DNA of 64,000 nt, from assembly GCA_016926625.1 (NCBI GenBank), contig JAFGOE010000013.1, positions 1,308-65,307 on the forward strand. The letters run 5' to 3'. Of this stretch, positions 9,610-20,360 are shown piece by piece. The position numbers and the translations under genes were made by a program. This DNA comes from Candidatus Zhuqueibacterota bacterium. GTDB taxonomy: Bacteria > Zhuqueibacterota > Zhuqueibacteria > Thermofontimicrobiales > Thiofontviventaceae. The notes below the pieces were generated by a model that saw nothing but the letters and a program-made list of their open reading frames with translations, searched no databases and had not been told where the DNA came from. Position 1 is the stretch's first letter; each line of letters starts with the position of its first letter.

Positions 9610-11676
9610 TTACCTCATCAGTATGTATCCTGATGTTGGGGGCACAGACAGGTGATCGTCAGTCAGCTCCTTGATCGGTGTAATTGAGGCCGTGTGCTCA
9701 TCCGTGAGTAATGACCAACCCGACAGTTCCAGTGAAAAGACTGCCGCTTGCTGCGCATCACCGTTCAACAAGACCATAAAATCGTTGTCATCGCCACTTG
9801 AAGAGCCTGATATCCTGTAACCGAACGCATAGGGATTATCGCACGAGATAAATTCGATGTCCGCCGGTGATGATTTTCTAAACGCCGGATGCTGAGTCCT
9901 GATCTGAATCAATGATTTATAGTAGTCGACCAGCTCACGGTTAACCTTTGCATGATCGAAGTTGATATAATTGGTGAAATTATCTTTTTCATAGCTGTTA
10001 TGATCGATATAGCCCCAATTTGTATCGGGTGCCTCGGTTTTTTGAATCACTTTACTGCGCGCGAACTCCTGGCCCGAATGGATCATGGGGACTCCCTGTG
10101 ATGTTAATAAGTAAATGGCGGCCAGTTTATTTATTAACATCTGTTTTGGGGAGAGTTTAGCATGTTCAGCCACATCCAGAATTCGTTTTGACGGGTCGAC
10201 TTCCCCTGATGCGATGCGAATGAAGTCGCCCATGGTATGATCGTCGTGTGATTCGAGGTAATTGATCGAGTGGTGGGAGGTCTGGAATAATCCACCGCCT
10301 GATTCGAGTGTGCCGACGATGAAATTTTGAAGATCGCTGAAATTGGTGTTTTTTTCCTTTTCTCCAAAGATAAAACCATGGTTGTCGTACGGATTTTGTC
10401 CCTTTACGCCATTTCTGAATTTATCATTCCATGCTGCCCATCCCATCCTCGAGAATCCCGCAGGATCGTAACCTCCGCCCCAGGGTTCGGCGATGATATA
10501 GGCATTGGGATTGATCTCGCGTACAGCTCGATAGATCTCCTGTAAGGTGATGGGATCGATCAGATAGGCGAGATCGAAACGAAAGCCGTCGATATGATAT
10601 TCCCTCACCCAATATGTGATGCTATCGATAATCAGGCGTCTTGCCATCGGTCGTTCCGTCATAAAGTCGTTGCCGCAACCGCTGTATCCCAGAAAATTGT
10701 CAAATTGATCGAGTCGGAAATAGTATTTCTTGTCGATATATTTAAAAGGATTGTAATCGTACTGTGACACATGGTTATAAACCACGTCGAGTATGACTGC
10801 TATTCCATTTTGGTGAAAGGTGTTAATCAATGTTTTCAGTTGGCTGATCTGCTCGCCGGTTTGGCCACAGAAATCATTCTTTGTCAATGATTCACCGTGT
10901 GCGTAATACGATTCAGGTGCGAAGAAATAGGAAGTCATATATCCCCAATGGTTCCCTTCATAGGGATTCCAGGTGTTTTCGATGAAAGTGGTGCTGTCTC
11001 TATAAGGTAATTCGATATTGGCAAAATCGTGTATCGGTAATAATTCCACCGCGTTTACACCCAGATCGATCAGGTAGTCGATACCTCCCTCTATGGCCTT
11101 TTCTGTAAGCCCTGTGTAAGTCCCGGCTGCACTACACCCGGATGAAGGGTGTGCGGTCATGTCTCTGACATGCATCTCATAAATGATGATGTCTGAGATA
11201 GGGGGCGTCTTCCAGTCCGTATCGCTCCATTCAAATGTGTCATCGATAAGCAGACTCCTGGCGGCATGGTGATAATTATTTTGGGTTACGACGGCTTTGG
11301 AGTAGGGATCAGCGATTACGATATCAGGATTGAACATTTCTCCATCGCCTTCTGGTCCCCAGATGCGATACCCGTAGTAGCTTCCATAGAGTTGACCATT
11401 GAACCCTAGTTCCCAGATACTGTTATCGTCGCGGTTCATGTCATATTCGGTATGATCGGACGAATAGTAATCATCGAATAACTGCAGAGTTACCCGTGTA
11501 GAGCGGGGCGCGAACAGTCGAAATATCGTTGAATCTTCAGTGACGATGGCACCTAACGTCTTGTTTGAATCGTATTGATTCAGGTAAGGGTGAAAATCCT
11601 CATAGCGGCTGTCGCTGGTTGACATACAACTGATGAAGATGATGATGGGGAGAAACAGAAATGCATATTTTTTCAT
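9610..11676 (-). CDS. Secreted GH13 pullulanase-type glycoside hydrolase (CBM48-like N-domain + alpha-amylase catalytic domain)
   Basis: A signal/lipoprotein peptide is present (IIFISCMS). GH13 conserved regions are present: DGFRFDLAY (region II Asp), EPWGGG (region III Glu) and YLESHDD (region IV). Confidence 0.8.
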   Translation of the reverse strand: MKKYAFLFLPIIIFISCMSTSDSRYEDFHPYLNQYDSNKTLGAIVTEDSTIFRLFAPRSTRVTLQLFDDYYSSDHTEYDMNRDDNSIWELGFNGQLYGSYYGYRIWGPEGDGEMFNPDIVIADPYSKAVVTQNNYHHAARSLLIDDTFEWSDTDWKTPPISDIIIYEMHVRDMTAHPSSGCSAAGTYTGLTEKAIEGGIDYLIDLGVNAVELLPIHDFANIELPYRDSTTFIENTWNPYEGNHWGYMTSYFFAPESYYAHGESLTKNDFCGQTGEQISQLKTLINTFHQNGIAVILDVVYNHVSQYDYNPFKYIDKKYYFRLDQFDNFLGYSGCGNDFMTERPMARRLIIDSITYWVREYHIDGFRFDLAYLIDPITLQEIYRAVREINPNAYIIAEPWGGGYDPAGFSRMGWAAWNDKFRNGVKGQNPYDNHGFIFGEKEKNTNFSDLQNFIVGTLESGGGLFQTSHHSINYLESHDDHTMGDFIRIASGEVDPSKRILDVAEHAKLSPKQMLINKLAAIYLLTSQGVPMIHSGQEFARSKVIQKTEAPDTNWGYIDHNSYEKDNFTNYINFDHAKVNRELVDYYKSLIQIRTQHPAFRKSSPADIEFISCDNPYAFGYRISGSSSGDDNDFMVLLNGDAQQAAVFSLELSGWSLLTDEHTASITPIKELTDDHLSVPPTSGYILMR

Positions 11677-11783
11677 TGAAAAATCCTCATGTTAGTCATG
11701 TTGTGAACTTGATCGTCATTACGGTATTTAAATCGTCGTGTCAGAGGATCGCAACGAAGTGGACAGATCGAATCTGATTATCA

Positions 11784-12530
11784 CTATTTGATATTTTCAT
11801 GATTACCCCGAATGTCGCTATCATTGTCTGCGAGAGTCTTACTTTCCGGATAATAATGTCGCAGCGGTTCCAGTTGATCATTCAGCTCATAGACAAGCGG
11901 AATACCTGTGGGTATATTGAGATCGATGATTTTTTCATCTGATACATGGTCAAGATGTTTTACCAGAGCTCTGAGGCTGTTTCCATGAGCGACGATAAAT
12001 ACTTGTTGATCTGTCCTGATTGCGGGGACGATCGTTTCGTGCCAAAAAGGAAGGAAACGCTGTACTGTATCTTTTAGCGATTCGGTGAGGGGAATTTCCG
12101 CCTCATGCAACGATCGATATCGGGGATCATGCCCAGGATAGCGTTCATCTGATCTCGTGAGCGCTGGTGGTCGTGCATCGTAGCTTCGTCGCCAGAGATG
12201 GACTTGCTCTTTACCCAATTTTGCTGCCATTTCGGCCTTGTTATATCCTTGCAGTGCACCATAATGTCTCTCGTTCAGGCGCCACGACTTGATGACCGGG
12301 ATCCACAATAGATCCATTTGATCTAAAGCCAGACAGGCTGTTTTGATAGCGCGTTTCAGGACAGATGTAAAGACGATATCGAAGACAAAACCGAGTTCGA
12401 ATAGCATCTTTCCAGCCGAGATCGCTTCATTTATGCCCTTCTCCGAAAGATCCACATCGGTCCAGCCTGTAAATATGTTGTCTTTGTTCCAGACACTTTC
12501 TCCGTGTCGCAACAGTACTAATTTATACAA
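11784..12530 (-). CDS. gpmA: 2,3-bisphosphoglycerate-dependent phosphoglycerate mutase
   Basis: The N-terminus [29 protein letters not shown] is the canonical dPGM signature, with the catalytic His in RHGES. Confidence 0.9.
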   Translation of the reverse strand: MYKLVLLRHGESVWNKDNIFTGWTDVDLSEKGINEAISAGKMLFELGFVFDIVFTSVLKRAIKTACLALDQMDLLWIPVIKSWRLNERHYGALQGYNKAEMAAKLGKEQVHLWRRSYDARPPALTRSDERYPGHDPRYRSLHEAEIPLTESLKDTVQRFLPFWHETIVPAIRTDQQVFIVAHGNSLRALVKHLDHVSDEKIIDLNIPTGIPLVYELNDQLEPLRHYYPESKTLADNDSDIRGNHENIK

Positions 12531-12640
12531 ATGATGCCTCGAAATAAAAGAATATGTGTTCTGTTGATGTCGGTTGATATAACTATTAACTTATAAAACA
12601 AAATCCTAAATTTCAACTAAATAAAATAATTTTTTGTGTA

Positions 12641-12683
12641 ATGTCAACTTTCGCTTGACATAGAATTGCAGTATTCATATATT
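12641..12683 (+). promoter_or_regulatory. Perfect 7-bp inverted repeat (ATGTCAA-N7-TTGACAT) overlapping a TTGACA-N17-TATATT promoter
   Basis: This was read directly from the sequence. The -35 element TTGACA is at 12655-12660. The -10 element TATATT is at 12678-12683. The palindrome arms are at 12641-12647 and 12655-12661. The site lies in the divergent intergenic region between gpmA and the M24 peptidase gene. Confidence 0.35.
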
Positions 12684-12929
12684 ATTAATGCCATGACATC
12701 CGATATGCATATCATCCGACATCATGATATGCTGAGACGACATCTTAAACCTGATTTGCTGTCAGTTCCTCTGCACGTTTCGTTATTTCGAACATCTAGC
12801 GGTGTAATATCGCATCATACAAACGGCGAACAGCTTCATCCAAATTTAAAATAAGTAAAAGGACACTTATCATATAAAAATACGAGTAATGAGTTTACCA
12901 TTCTTACTTACATTGAAAAGGAATTTGCC

Positions 12930-14315
12930 ATGTTCGACACAGAGACCTACGTCAATAGAAGACATCAATTAAGAGAACGCGTCGCGTCCGGGCTTATCTT
13001 ACTTCCCGGGAATAATGAGAGTCCGATGAATTACACCGGAAACACCTTTGAATTTCGTCAGGACAGTAGTTTCCTGTACTATGTTGGTATTGACGCACCA
13101 GGTTTCGCGATGCTGATCGATTGTGAATCGGGTGAGGAGATACTGTACGGTGATGATTTCACGGTTGATGATATCGTATGGATGGGACCGCAGGAAAAGG
13201 TAGTTGATAAAGCCAGGAGGTCCGGTATTAGTAAGACAGCGCCGCTGCACAGGATTTCGGAAAAGACAGAGGAAGCATTGAAGAGCAAGCGGAAGATTCA
13301 TTTTTTGCCTCAGTACCGGCATGATAACATGATGTGGTTGAGTAAACTGACAGGAATTCGTAGCCATATGATCAATAAATATTCGTCACGCGAACTTATT
13401 TTAGCGATTGCTGCTCAGCGTACGTTTAAGACAAATGGAGAGATCGATCAAATTGAGCAGGCGTTGGAGATAAGTTATGAGATGAATGTACTGGCGATGA
13501 GAATGACCAGACCTGGTATTTATGAACGCGAAGTGAGCGCTGCCATAGAAGGATTGGTACTATCGAAGGGCAGCTACCCTTCGTTTCCGATTATATTTTC
13601 CATACATGGTGAAACGTTACACAATCACGGGCACGATAATTTAATGAAAAGTGGTGACATCGTGGTACTGGATTCAGGAGCGGAATCATCACTTCATTAC
13701 GCAAGCGACATTACGCGTACGTTCCCGGTGAGTGGAAAGTTTAGCGGTATTCAGCGAGATATATATCAAATTGTGTTGGATTCACAGTTGGGAGCGATCG
13801 ATATGATGAAGCCTGGACGGGCGTACAAGGAGATCCATCTCCATTGCTCCGAGATTATAGCGCGCGGTATGAAGGATTTAGGCTTTTTAAGAGGCGATGT
13901 GAAGGAACTGGTGGCGGCTGGGGCGCATGCTATATTTTTCCCCCACGGCCTGGGTCATCTTTTAGGTTTGGATGTGCATGATATGGAAAATCTGGGAGAA
14001 GATTACATCGGATACGATGAAAGCGTACGACGTAGCGATCAGTTCGGACTGGCTTATCTGAGGTTTGCCAAGGTGCTGAAGCCGGGACTGGTCATAACGG
14101 TTGAGCCTGGGATCTATTTCATTCCTGAATTGATCCACCAATGGAGAGAGGAAAAGAAATTTGATCAGTTCATCAATTACGAGAAAATATGGGAGATGCG
14201 ACATTTTGGAGGAATACGGATCGAAGATGATGTCCTGATAACGGAACAGGGTCACCGGGTGCTGGGAATTCCCATCCCTAAATCGATCGAGGAAGTGGAA
14301 ACACATTGTGCCTGA
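12930..14315 (+). CDS. M24B-family Xaa-Pro aminopeptidase/prolidase
   Basis: Metal-ligand motifs are present: VLDSGAE, HGLGHLLGLDVHD and EPGIYF. An N-terminal AMP_N-like domain is present. Confidence 0.8.
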   Translation: MFDTETYVNRRHQLRERVASGLILLPGNNESPMNYTGNTFEFRQDSSFLYYVGIDAPGFAMLIDCESGEEILYGDDFTVDDIVWMGPQEKVVDKARRSGISKTAPLHRISEKTEEALKSKRKIHFLPQYRHDNMMWLSKLTGIRSHMINKYSSRELILAIAAQRTFKTNGEIDQIEQALEISYEMNVLAMRMTRPGIYEREVSAAIEGLVLSKGSYPSFPIIFSIHGETLHNHGHDNLMKSGDIVVLDSGAESSLHYASDITRTFPVSGKFSGIQRDIYQIVLDSQLGAIDMMKPGRAYKEIHLHCSEIIARGMKDLGFLRGDVKELVAAGAHAIFFPHGLGHLLGLDVHDMENLGEDYIGYDESVRRSDQFGLAYLRFAKVLKPGLVITVEPGIYFIPELIHQWREEKKFDQFINYEKIWEMRHFGGIRIEDDVLITEQGHRVLGIPIPKSIEEVETHCA

Positions 14316-14522
14316 TGTCGCATGAATGCGTTTGGGAGTTAAATTGTATGGAAATATCGTAACCGAAAATTGATAATCGATCGGTCTACGTCAGAGTGAT
14401 AGGATAATCTTGCTAAGCCAGCTTGTGCATCGTTATCCGTCGAAGTGATAGGTGCTTGATTCTCTGCTATGCCGCATCGAGATCATGCCCTATTCTATTT
14501 AATTATTTGGAAGGAGGTCATT

Positions 14523-14909
14523 ATGAAGCAATATATCATGATGATCTTGATCTTAACTTTGGTTATCATCATGTGTCGACCCGAAGGTGAAGTATTACTG
14601 CTCGATGAATCAAATCATAGTCAGACATTTTACATGACGAAAGGTGATGAAGTCGTTATATCGTTAGAATCCAATCCCACCACGGGATATAAGTGGGAGA
14701 TCGTTGCGATAGACACACAGGTGATCGTCGAGAAACAGAGGTCAGACTATGTATCTCAATCGAAGCGATTAGGAGCATCCGGAACTCAACGGTTTTATTT
14801 AATAGCATCTGATGCAGGGAACAGTGAGCTCGCTTTGGAATACAGGCGTTCCTGGGAACGTGAGGTTCAGCCAATAAAACGATATTCAGTAAAAATACAC
14901 GTCAGATGA
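14523..14909 (+). CDS. Chagasin-family (MEROPS I42) cysteine-protease inhibitor, secreted/lipoprotein
   Basis: A GGAGG RBS precedes the ATG at 14523. A signal peptide ends in a lipobox-like IIMC. The chagasin NPTTGY(K)W motif is present. Confidence 0.7.
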   Translation: MKQYIMMILILTLVIIMCRPEGEVLLLDESNHSQTFYMTKGDEVVISLESNPTTGYKWEIVAIDTQVIVEKQRSDYVSQSKRLGASGTQRFYLIASDAGNSELALEYRRSWEREVQPIKRYSVKIHVR

Positions 14910-15066
14910 CGTAACGGATGTCATGTTTGATTCATGCTGTCGTTTTGTTCACCGTCGCTTCTAAGTGTCTCATGACAGGTTGTCTGAAAATTACGTGCCA
15001 TGTATTGAATGTTGGTCTCAGCATCTATATGGCAAACAAACAAAAACGAATAAAGGAGGAATTGTT

Positions 15067-16041
15067 ATGAAGTGTCTCCATTGGGTGGCAATTTTACTAC
15101 TCATGCTCTGTATGAGTATCAGTGTTTTCAGTGAAACCTTAGCACAGGAATTAAACGAGGAGAATGCGCCTCCTGAGGTTAAGGAAACGTTAGCGAAGTT
15201 AAGGGAAGAGATTCAGACGGAGGAGTTGACGTTTAATGTAGGCTATAATTACGCGCATCAGTTCACGATAGCCCAGTTATGCGGCTTACGCGAGACTGAT
15301 ACCTGGTGGACCGAGGCGAAGGATATCAACATAGGGAAGATTGAGCCTCAGAGTTTAGAGATGAGGGCTGAAGCTGAAGCGGTTGGTCTCCCTCAGGTTT
15401 GGGATTGGAGGGCAAACAATGGGGTGACCTCGGTGAAGGATCAGCAGAGCTGCGGAAGTTGTTGGGCGTTTAGCGCCATTGCATCGTTTGAATCGAATCT
15501 GTTGATCGAGCAAAATATCAATGTCGATCTCTCTGAGCAGCATCTTGTCTCGTGTAATCCATGGGGTTGGGGTTGTGATGGTGGATGGTGGCCTCATGAT
15601 ATGCTGAAGAATCCGGGAGCAGTTTTGGAATCTGAGTTCCCTTATGCAGCCGCGGATTTGCCGTGTGCCAGTTCGTACAATTACGTTTATCAACTCGGTG
15701 GCTGGGCCTATGTCGATGGCGATGATAAAGTGCCGAGTGTGGATAAGATAAAGCAGGCGGTGTACGACTATGGTCCGGTCAGTGCGTCCGTTTATGTGGG
15801 TTCTGCTTTTCAGTCCTACACCGGCGGAGTTTTCAACAAAAATGAAGCACCGAAGAAGGGTTTTTTGGACTGTTCTGAGCCGGCGAAGGTGAATCATGCA
15901 ATTCTGATCGTGGGTTGGGACGAAAGCAAGGATGCCTGGATCATCAAGAACAGTTGGAGCAGATATTGGGGGGAGAACGGGTATATGTATATCAAATATG
16001 GCGTAAGCAATATAGGTTATGGTTCTGTTGTCGTCTATTAA
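15067..16041 (+). CDS. Secreted papain-like cysteine peptidase (MEROPS C1A) with propeptide
   Basis: An AGGAGG RBS lies at 15054-15059. A signal peptide is present. The active-site Cys motif reads QQSCGSCWAFS. The His/Asn region reads NHAILIVGWDE...NSW. Confidence 0.85.
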   Translation: MKCLHWVAILLLMLCMSISVFSETLAQELNEENAPPEVKETLAKLREEIQTEELTFNVGYNYAHQFTIAQLCGLRETDTWWTEAKDINIGKIEPQSLEMRAEAEAVGLPQVWDWRANNGVTSVKDQQSCGSCWAFSAIASFESNLLIEQNINVDLSEQHLVSCNPWGWGCDGGWWPHDMLKNPGAVLESEFPYAAADLPCASSYNYVYQLGGWAYVDGDDKVPSVDKIKQAVYDYGPVSASVYVGSAFQSYTGGVFNKNEAPKKGFLDCSEPAKVNHAILIVGWDESKDAWIIKNSWSRYWGENGYMYIKYGVSNIGYGSVVVY

Positions 16042-16148
16042 ACTCGTTCAACGTCACAGTAGCACGCTGGTTATTGCTCGCAAATTGTTTTTTATTCTGT
16101 ATCTCCTGTAGTCAGATAAATTCTCAGCTCTGGTAATGGTATGGATTG

Positions 16149-16182
16149 AAAATGGTGTATATAATTTTATACACCATTTTTT
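16149..16182 (+). terminator. Rho-independent terminator downstream of the C1A peptidase gene
   Basis: A perfect 13-bp stem (AAAATGGTGTATA/TATACACCATTTT) with a 6-nt loop is followed by a T-run. Confidence 0.5.
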
Positions 16183-16413
16183 ATAGATACCACAATGATT
16201 TGCTCGAATAGCGGATCGCGCCGGAGGAGGTTGCCGTATCGTGCATCCCCTGGATTAATCGTATCAGTTGGTCTGAACTGCTTTGGGTATCGATACTGAG
16301 ATGCTTTCGTCAAGAAAAATATCTCAAATACTTAATAGGTGGTTGGAGTAGATTTTTGTTGATTTATATATAAAATATTCATAAATTTATTATCTTTATG
16401 TACTGAGGAGTTT

Positions 16414-18213
16414 ATGAATATTAAAGCAATACGAAATTTTTGTATAATAGCTCACATCGATCATGGTAAGTCGACGTTGGCTGATCGTATTTTAGAGTAC
16501 ACGGGTACGATTGAAAAGAACGCGATGGTTGATCAGGTCCTTGATGATATGGACCTGGAGCGCGAGCGTGGAATCACCATAAAGGCGCATGCCGTGACGA
16601 TGGACTATCGTGCGGACAATAAACAGACTTATATATTGAATCTGATCGACACACCAGGGCATGTTGATTTTACCTATGAAGTTTCCAGAAGTCTGGCTGC
16701 CTGTGAAGGAGCCCTGCTTGTTGTTGATGCATCGCAAGGCGTCGAGGCTCAGACGATCAGCAATTTGTATCTGGCGATGGAGAATGATCTCACGATCATT
16801 CCGGTTATCAATAAGATAGACATGGCCAGTGCGCAGACGGAATTGGTAAAGCATCAACTCATGGATTTACTTGGTGTGGATGAAGATGAAATTTACCTGT
16901 GCAGCGCGCGTACCGGGGTGGGTATTCATGAGATCGTGGAAGCCATTGTTAGCAAGATCCCGCCTCCGAAAGGTGATGTTCAAGCTCCGCTTCAGGCTTT
17001 GATATTTGACTCCGTGTTCAATTCCTACCGCGGGGCGATCGCTTACATTCGTGTGTTTGAGGGACGTATCGATGCGGGTATGCTCGTCAAGTTTTTTGCG
17101 CATGACAGGGTATTCGAAGTGATGGAGGTGGGGATATTGCGACTTAAGCAAATGCCGCGCGATCGGTTGAGTGTAGGTGAGGTGGGGTATATGATTGCGG
17201 GCGTGAAGGACGTTAAGGACACGAAGGTCGGCGACACGATCACGTCTGTCCATAACGCAGCTAAGAAACCGTTGCCCGGGTACAAAGATATCAAGCCAAT
17301 GGTTTACAGCAGTCTATTCCCGGCTGATAATGAGGATTATGAGGATTTAAGAAACGCCCTGGAGCGGTTTCAACTTAACGATGCCGCACTGATTTATGAA
17401 CCTGAGGATTCTGTCGCCCTCGGATTCGGTTTTCGATGTGGTTTTCTTGGAATGCTGCATTTGGAGATCGTGCAGGAGCGTTTGGAACGAGAATACAACC
17501 TGAATCTAATAACGACGTTGCCGAGCGTGCAGTTCAAGATCATCAAGACGAATGGCGAAGTGATCATCGTCGACAATCCGGCCGATTGGCCTACACCGGA
17601 TAAGATTCAGAAGATTGAAGAGCCTTATATACGTGCAAGTATTCTGACGCCGACGGAATTTATCGGTAATATCATGAAATTAGCTCAGGAGCGACGCGGA
17701 AAGTATCTGAATACCGATTATATCGATCCGACGCGTGCTGATCTGCATTATGAATTCCCGTTAATCGAGGTTATTTATGATTTTTACGATCGATTAAAAT
17801 CTATTTCGAAAGGATATGCGTCGCTGGATTATGAATATCTCGATTTTCGTGAAGGGGATATGATCCGCCTGGATATCCTGATTAATCAGGAGCCTGTTGA
17901 TGCGCTCTCGATGATCGTGCATCGCTCAAAAGCGTACGACTGGGGGCGCCGGATCTGTCAGAAACTAAAGGAATTAATTCCTCGCCAGATGTTTGAAATC
18001 GCCATCCAGTCGGCGATTGGTGGTAAGGTGATCGCACGTGAGACCGTTCGGGCGCTGCGTAAAAATGTCACGGCCAAATGTTACGGAGGAGACATAACGC
18101 GTAAACGAAAATTGTTGGAGAAGCAGAAAGAGGGTAAAAAAAGGATGAAACAATTAGGCCGCGTTCACGTTCCACAAGAAGCGTTTCTGGCTGTGCTGAA
18201 AGTTGATGATTAG
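16414..18213 (+). CDS. lepA: Elongation factor 4 (LepA)
   Basis: The N-terminus [22 protein letters not shown], the DTPGHVDF motif and the LepA-specific C-terminal domain are present. Confidence 0.95.
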   Translation: MNIKAIRNFCIIAHIDHGKSTLADRILEYTGTIEKNAMVDQVLDDMDLERERGITIKAHAVTMDYRADNKQTYILNLIDTPGHVDFTYEVSRSLAACEGALLVVDASQGVEAQTISNLYLAMENDLTIIPVINKIDMASAQTELVKHQLMDLLGVDEDEIYLCSARTGVGIHEIVEAIVSKIPPPKGDVQAPLQALIFDSVFNSYRGAIAYIRVFEGRIDAGMLVKFFAHDRVFEVMEVGILRLKQMPRDRLSVGEVGYMIAGVKDVKDTKVGDTITSVHNAAKKPLPGYKDIKPMVYSSLFPADNEDYEDLRNALERFQLNDAALIYEPEDSVALGFGFRCGFLGMLHLEIVQERLEREYNLNLITTLPSVQFKIIKTNGEVIIVDNPADWPTPDKIQKIEEPYIRASILTPTEFIGNIMKLAQERRGKYLNTDYIDPTRADLHYEFPLIEVIYDFYDRLKSISKGYASLDYEYLDFREGDMIRLDILINQEPVDALSMIVHRSKAYDWGRRICQKLKELIPRQMFEIAIQSAIGGKVIARETVRALRKNVTAKCYGGDITRKRKLLEKQKEGKKRMKQLGRVHVPQEAFLAVLKVDD

Positions 18214-18267
18214 TATCTTTATACGATACTGCACCATTTTAAATAAAATGATCTTAAAATTCTGGAG

Positions 18268-19017
18268 ATGATAATGTCTAAAAAAGTCACAAAAGGAAAA
18301 AAGAAGAACATAGTTAGAGAGTATGCAGAAGCTTTACTGGTAGCATTCATAGCCGCAATGATCATCAGGATTTTTGTTATACAGGCTTTCAGAATTCCCA
18401 CCGGTTCGATGAAAGACACTCTATTAATTGGTGATTTTCTACTGGTTAATAAATTCATCTACGGAGTACGCACTCCGGAGCGGATCCCGCTGATTGATGT
18501 TAAGATTCCCTATTTTCGGTTGCCGGGATTTAAGGAACCGAAACGAGGGGATATCATCGTGTTTAAATATCCGCGGGACACCAAATTGGATTACATTAAG
18601 AGGTGTGTCGCATTGCCAGGGCAGACTATCGAGATGAAGGACGGCATCTTATATGTGGACGGAAAACCCGAGGGAGAGAGAGAGTATTTAAAACGCGAAT
18701 ATGATCCTTCCGAGGGTCAGTCGATTTTATACTATCGGATGAAACTGGACAATGGGAAAGAATACACGATACGAAATTACGAACATGTAGACAGAAGCAC
18801 GAACGATTTTGGTCCGCTACTCGTGCCTGCTGATGCATATTATATGATGGGTGATAATCGCGATAACAGCGCCGACAGTCGTGCCTGGGGTTTCCTGAAA
18901 GAAGACAATATCGTGGGTGAGGCGCTTATCATCTATTGGTCATGGGACAAGGATGCCCCGCTCTATCGGATTCTCAAAAAAATTCGCTTAGAAAGAATCG
19001 GGAAATTGATCAAATAA
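18268..19017 (+). CDS. lepB: Signal peptidase I
   Basis: S26 box motifs are present: PTGSMKDTLLIGDFLLVNK, box D GDNRDNSADSR and a catalytic Ser/Lys dyad. Confidence 0.85.
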   Translation: MIMSKKVTKGKKKNIVREYAEALLVAFIAAMIIRIFVIQAFRIPTGSMKDTLLIGDFLLVNKFIYGVRTPERIPLIDVKIPYFRLPGFKEPKRGDIIVFKYPRDTKLDYIKRCVALPGQTIEMKDGILYVDGKPEGEREYLKREYDPSEGQSILYYRMKLDNGKEYTIRNYEHVDRSTNDFGPLLVPADAYYMMGDNRDNSADSRAWGFLKEDNIVGEALIIYWSWDKDAPLYRILKKIRLERIGKLIK

Positions 19018-19080
19018 TATCATCGATCGAACATATTAATTCATTTATAACCAATTGATGAAAAGCCACAGTTTCTAGTC

Positions 19081-20256
19081 ATGAAATTTGTGGTTTTTCA
19101 TTTGAACAGTATGGAAAACATCTCAATTTACATTCACATTCCTTTTTGCCTGAAAAAATGTCATTATTGTGATTTTTATTCCATCACAGCGGATGAAACC
19201 ATGATGGAGGCGTATGTCGATAGCCTGATCCTGGAGATAGAGAGAAGGGCCTCTCTGCTGGGTGGAAAGAGATTACATGTAATGTCGATATTTCTGGGTG
19301 GCGGAACTCCGTCGTTGTTACCTGTCAATGCGATCTTCCGCATCATGACTGCGATCTACGGTAGTTTTACGGTGAGCAGCGATTCGGAAAATAGTATTGA
19401 GATCAATCCTGAGACTGTAACTCCAGCGAAGTATCGAGATTTTTTAGCGTCGGGTATAAACCGTTTTAGTATCGGAATTCAATCGTTCAGTGACAGCGAC
19501 TTGAAGGTTTTAGGCAGGATACATGATTCAAGTCGCGGTATCAGGGCTATATCGAACGCCGTTGATTCAGGTGGTGAAAACGTTAGTATCGATCTGATAT
19601 ACGGTATCCCCGGCCAGACTCTGGAAGATTGGCTGGAAAATCTAAACATCGGGGCGGACAGAGATCTGCAACATCTGTCAATATACGGTCTGACGATTGA
19701 GCCGGGTACGCGGTTCGCTGAGATGATCACCAACCATACGGTAGTGGCGGCCGGAGAAGATCTGGAACGGGACATGTATCTTGGCACCATGGAATATTTA
19801 GCGACGAGGGGATATGATCAATATGAGATATCGAACTATTCCATGCCGGGATATGCCTGTCGCCATAATATGAGATACTGGGATGGCGAACCCTATTTGG
19901 GATTCGGTGCATCAGCGCATTCGTTCCGAAACAACGAACGGTCGTGGAATGTTGATGACGTTGAACTTTTCATCGATCGTATGAAGCATGGTGAGTTGGC
20001 TGTGTCAGCGAGCGAGACCTTATCGCAGGAGCAGCAGCACATCGAATATACGATGTTAGGGCTACGGAAGACGTCGGGCTTCTCTTTGAGTGATTTTAAA
20101 AGAAAGTTTGGATATGATTTTTTGGATCGATACAAAGAGACATTAATTTTTCTGCAACAGAATGAAAATCCTTATATCACGGTCGAAAACGATAGAGTTC
20201 ACCTAACGGAAGAAGGATTGGTTTTGTACAATGAAATTTGTGGCTATTTTACATAA
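19081..20256 (+). CDS. hemW: Radical SAM heme chaperone HemW (coproporphyrinogen III oxidase-like)
   Basis: The CxxxCxxC motif reads CLKKCHYCDF. The motifs GGGTPS and the HemN_C domain are present. The true start is more likely the internal Met at 19111. Confidence 0.8.
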   Translation: MKFVVFHLNSMENISIYIHIPFCLKKCHYCDFYSITADETMMEAYVDSLILEIERRASLLGGKRLHVMSIFLGGGTPSLLPVNAIFRIMTAIYGSFTVSSDSENSIEINPETVTPAKYRDFLASGINRFSIGIQSFSDSDLKVLGRIHDSSRGIRAISNAVDSGGENVSIDLIYGIPGQTLEDWLENLNIGADRDLQHLSIYGLTIEPGTRFAEMITNHTVVAAGEDLERDMYLGTMEYLATRGYDQYEISNYSMPGYACRHNMRYWDGEPYLGFGASAHSFRNNERSWNVDDVELFIDRMKHGELAVSASETLSQEQQHIEYTMLGLRKTSGFSLSDFKRKFGYDFLDRYKETLIFLQQNENPYITVENDRVHLTEEGLVLYNEICGYFT

Positions 20257-20360
20257 AGTATTTGAATTATAGAAATATTATTTGTATTTTATTCATTGTA
20301 TTTTAAATAGATAGTATCATAGTTCGACCTATTTTTAAGCGCGAGGATCGGTTTGAACAG

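Noticed and set aside
12666-12854. 62-aa ORF in the gpmA/peptidase intergenic region
   Set aside because: It has no RBS and an odd composition. It overlaps the predicted promoter and leader, so it is more likely non-coding 5' UTR.
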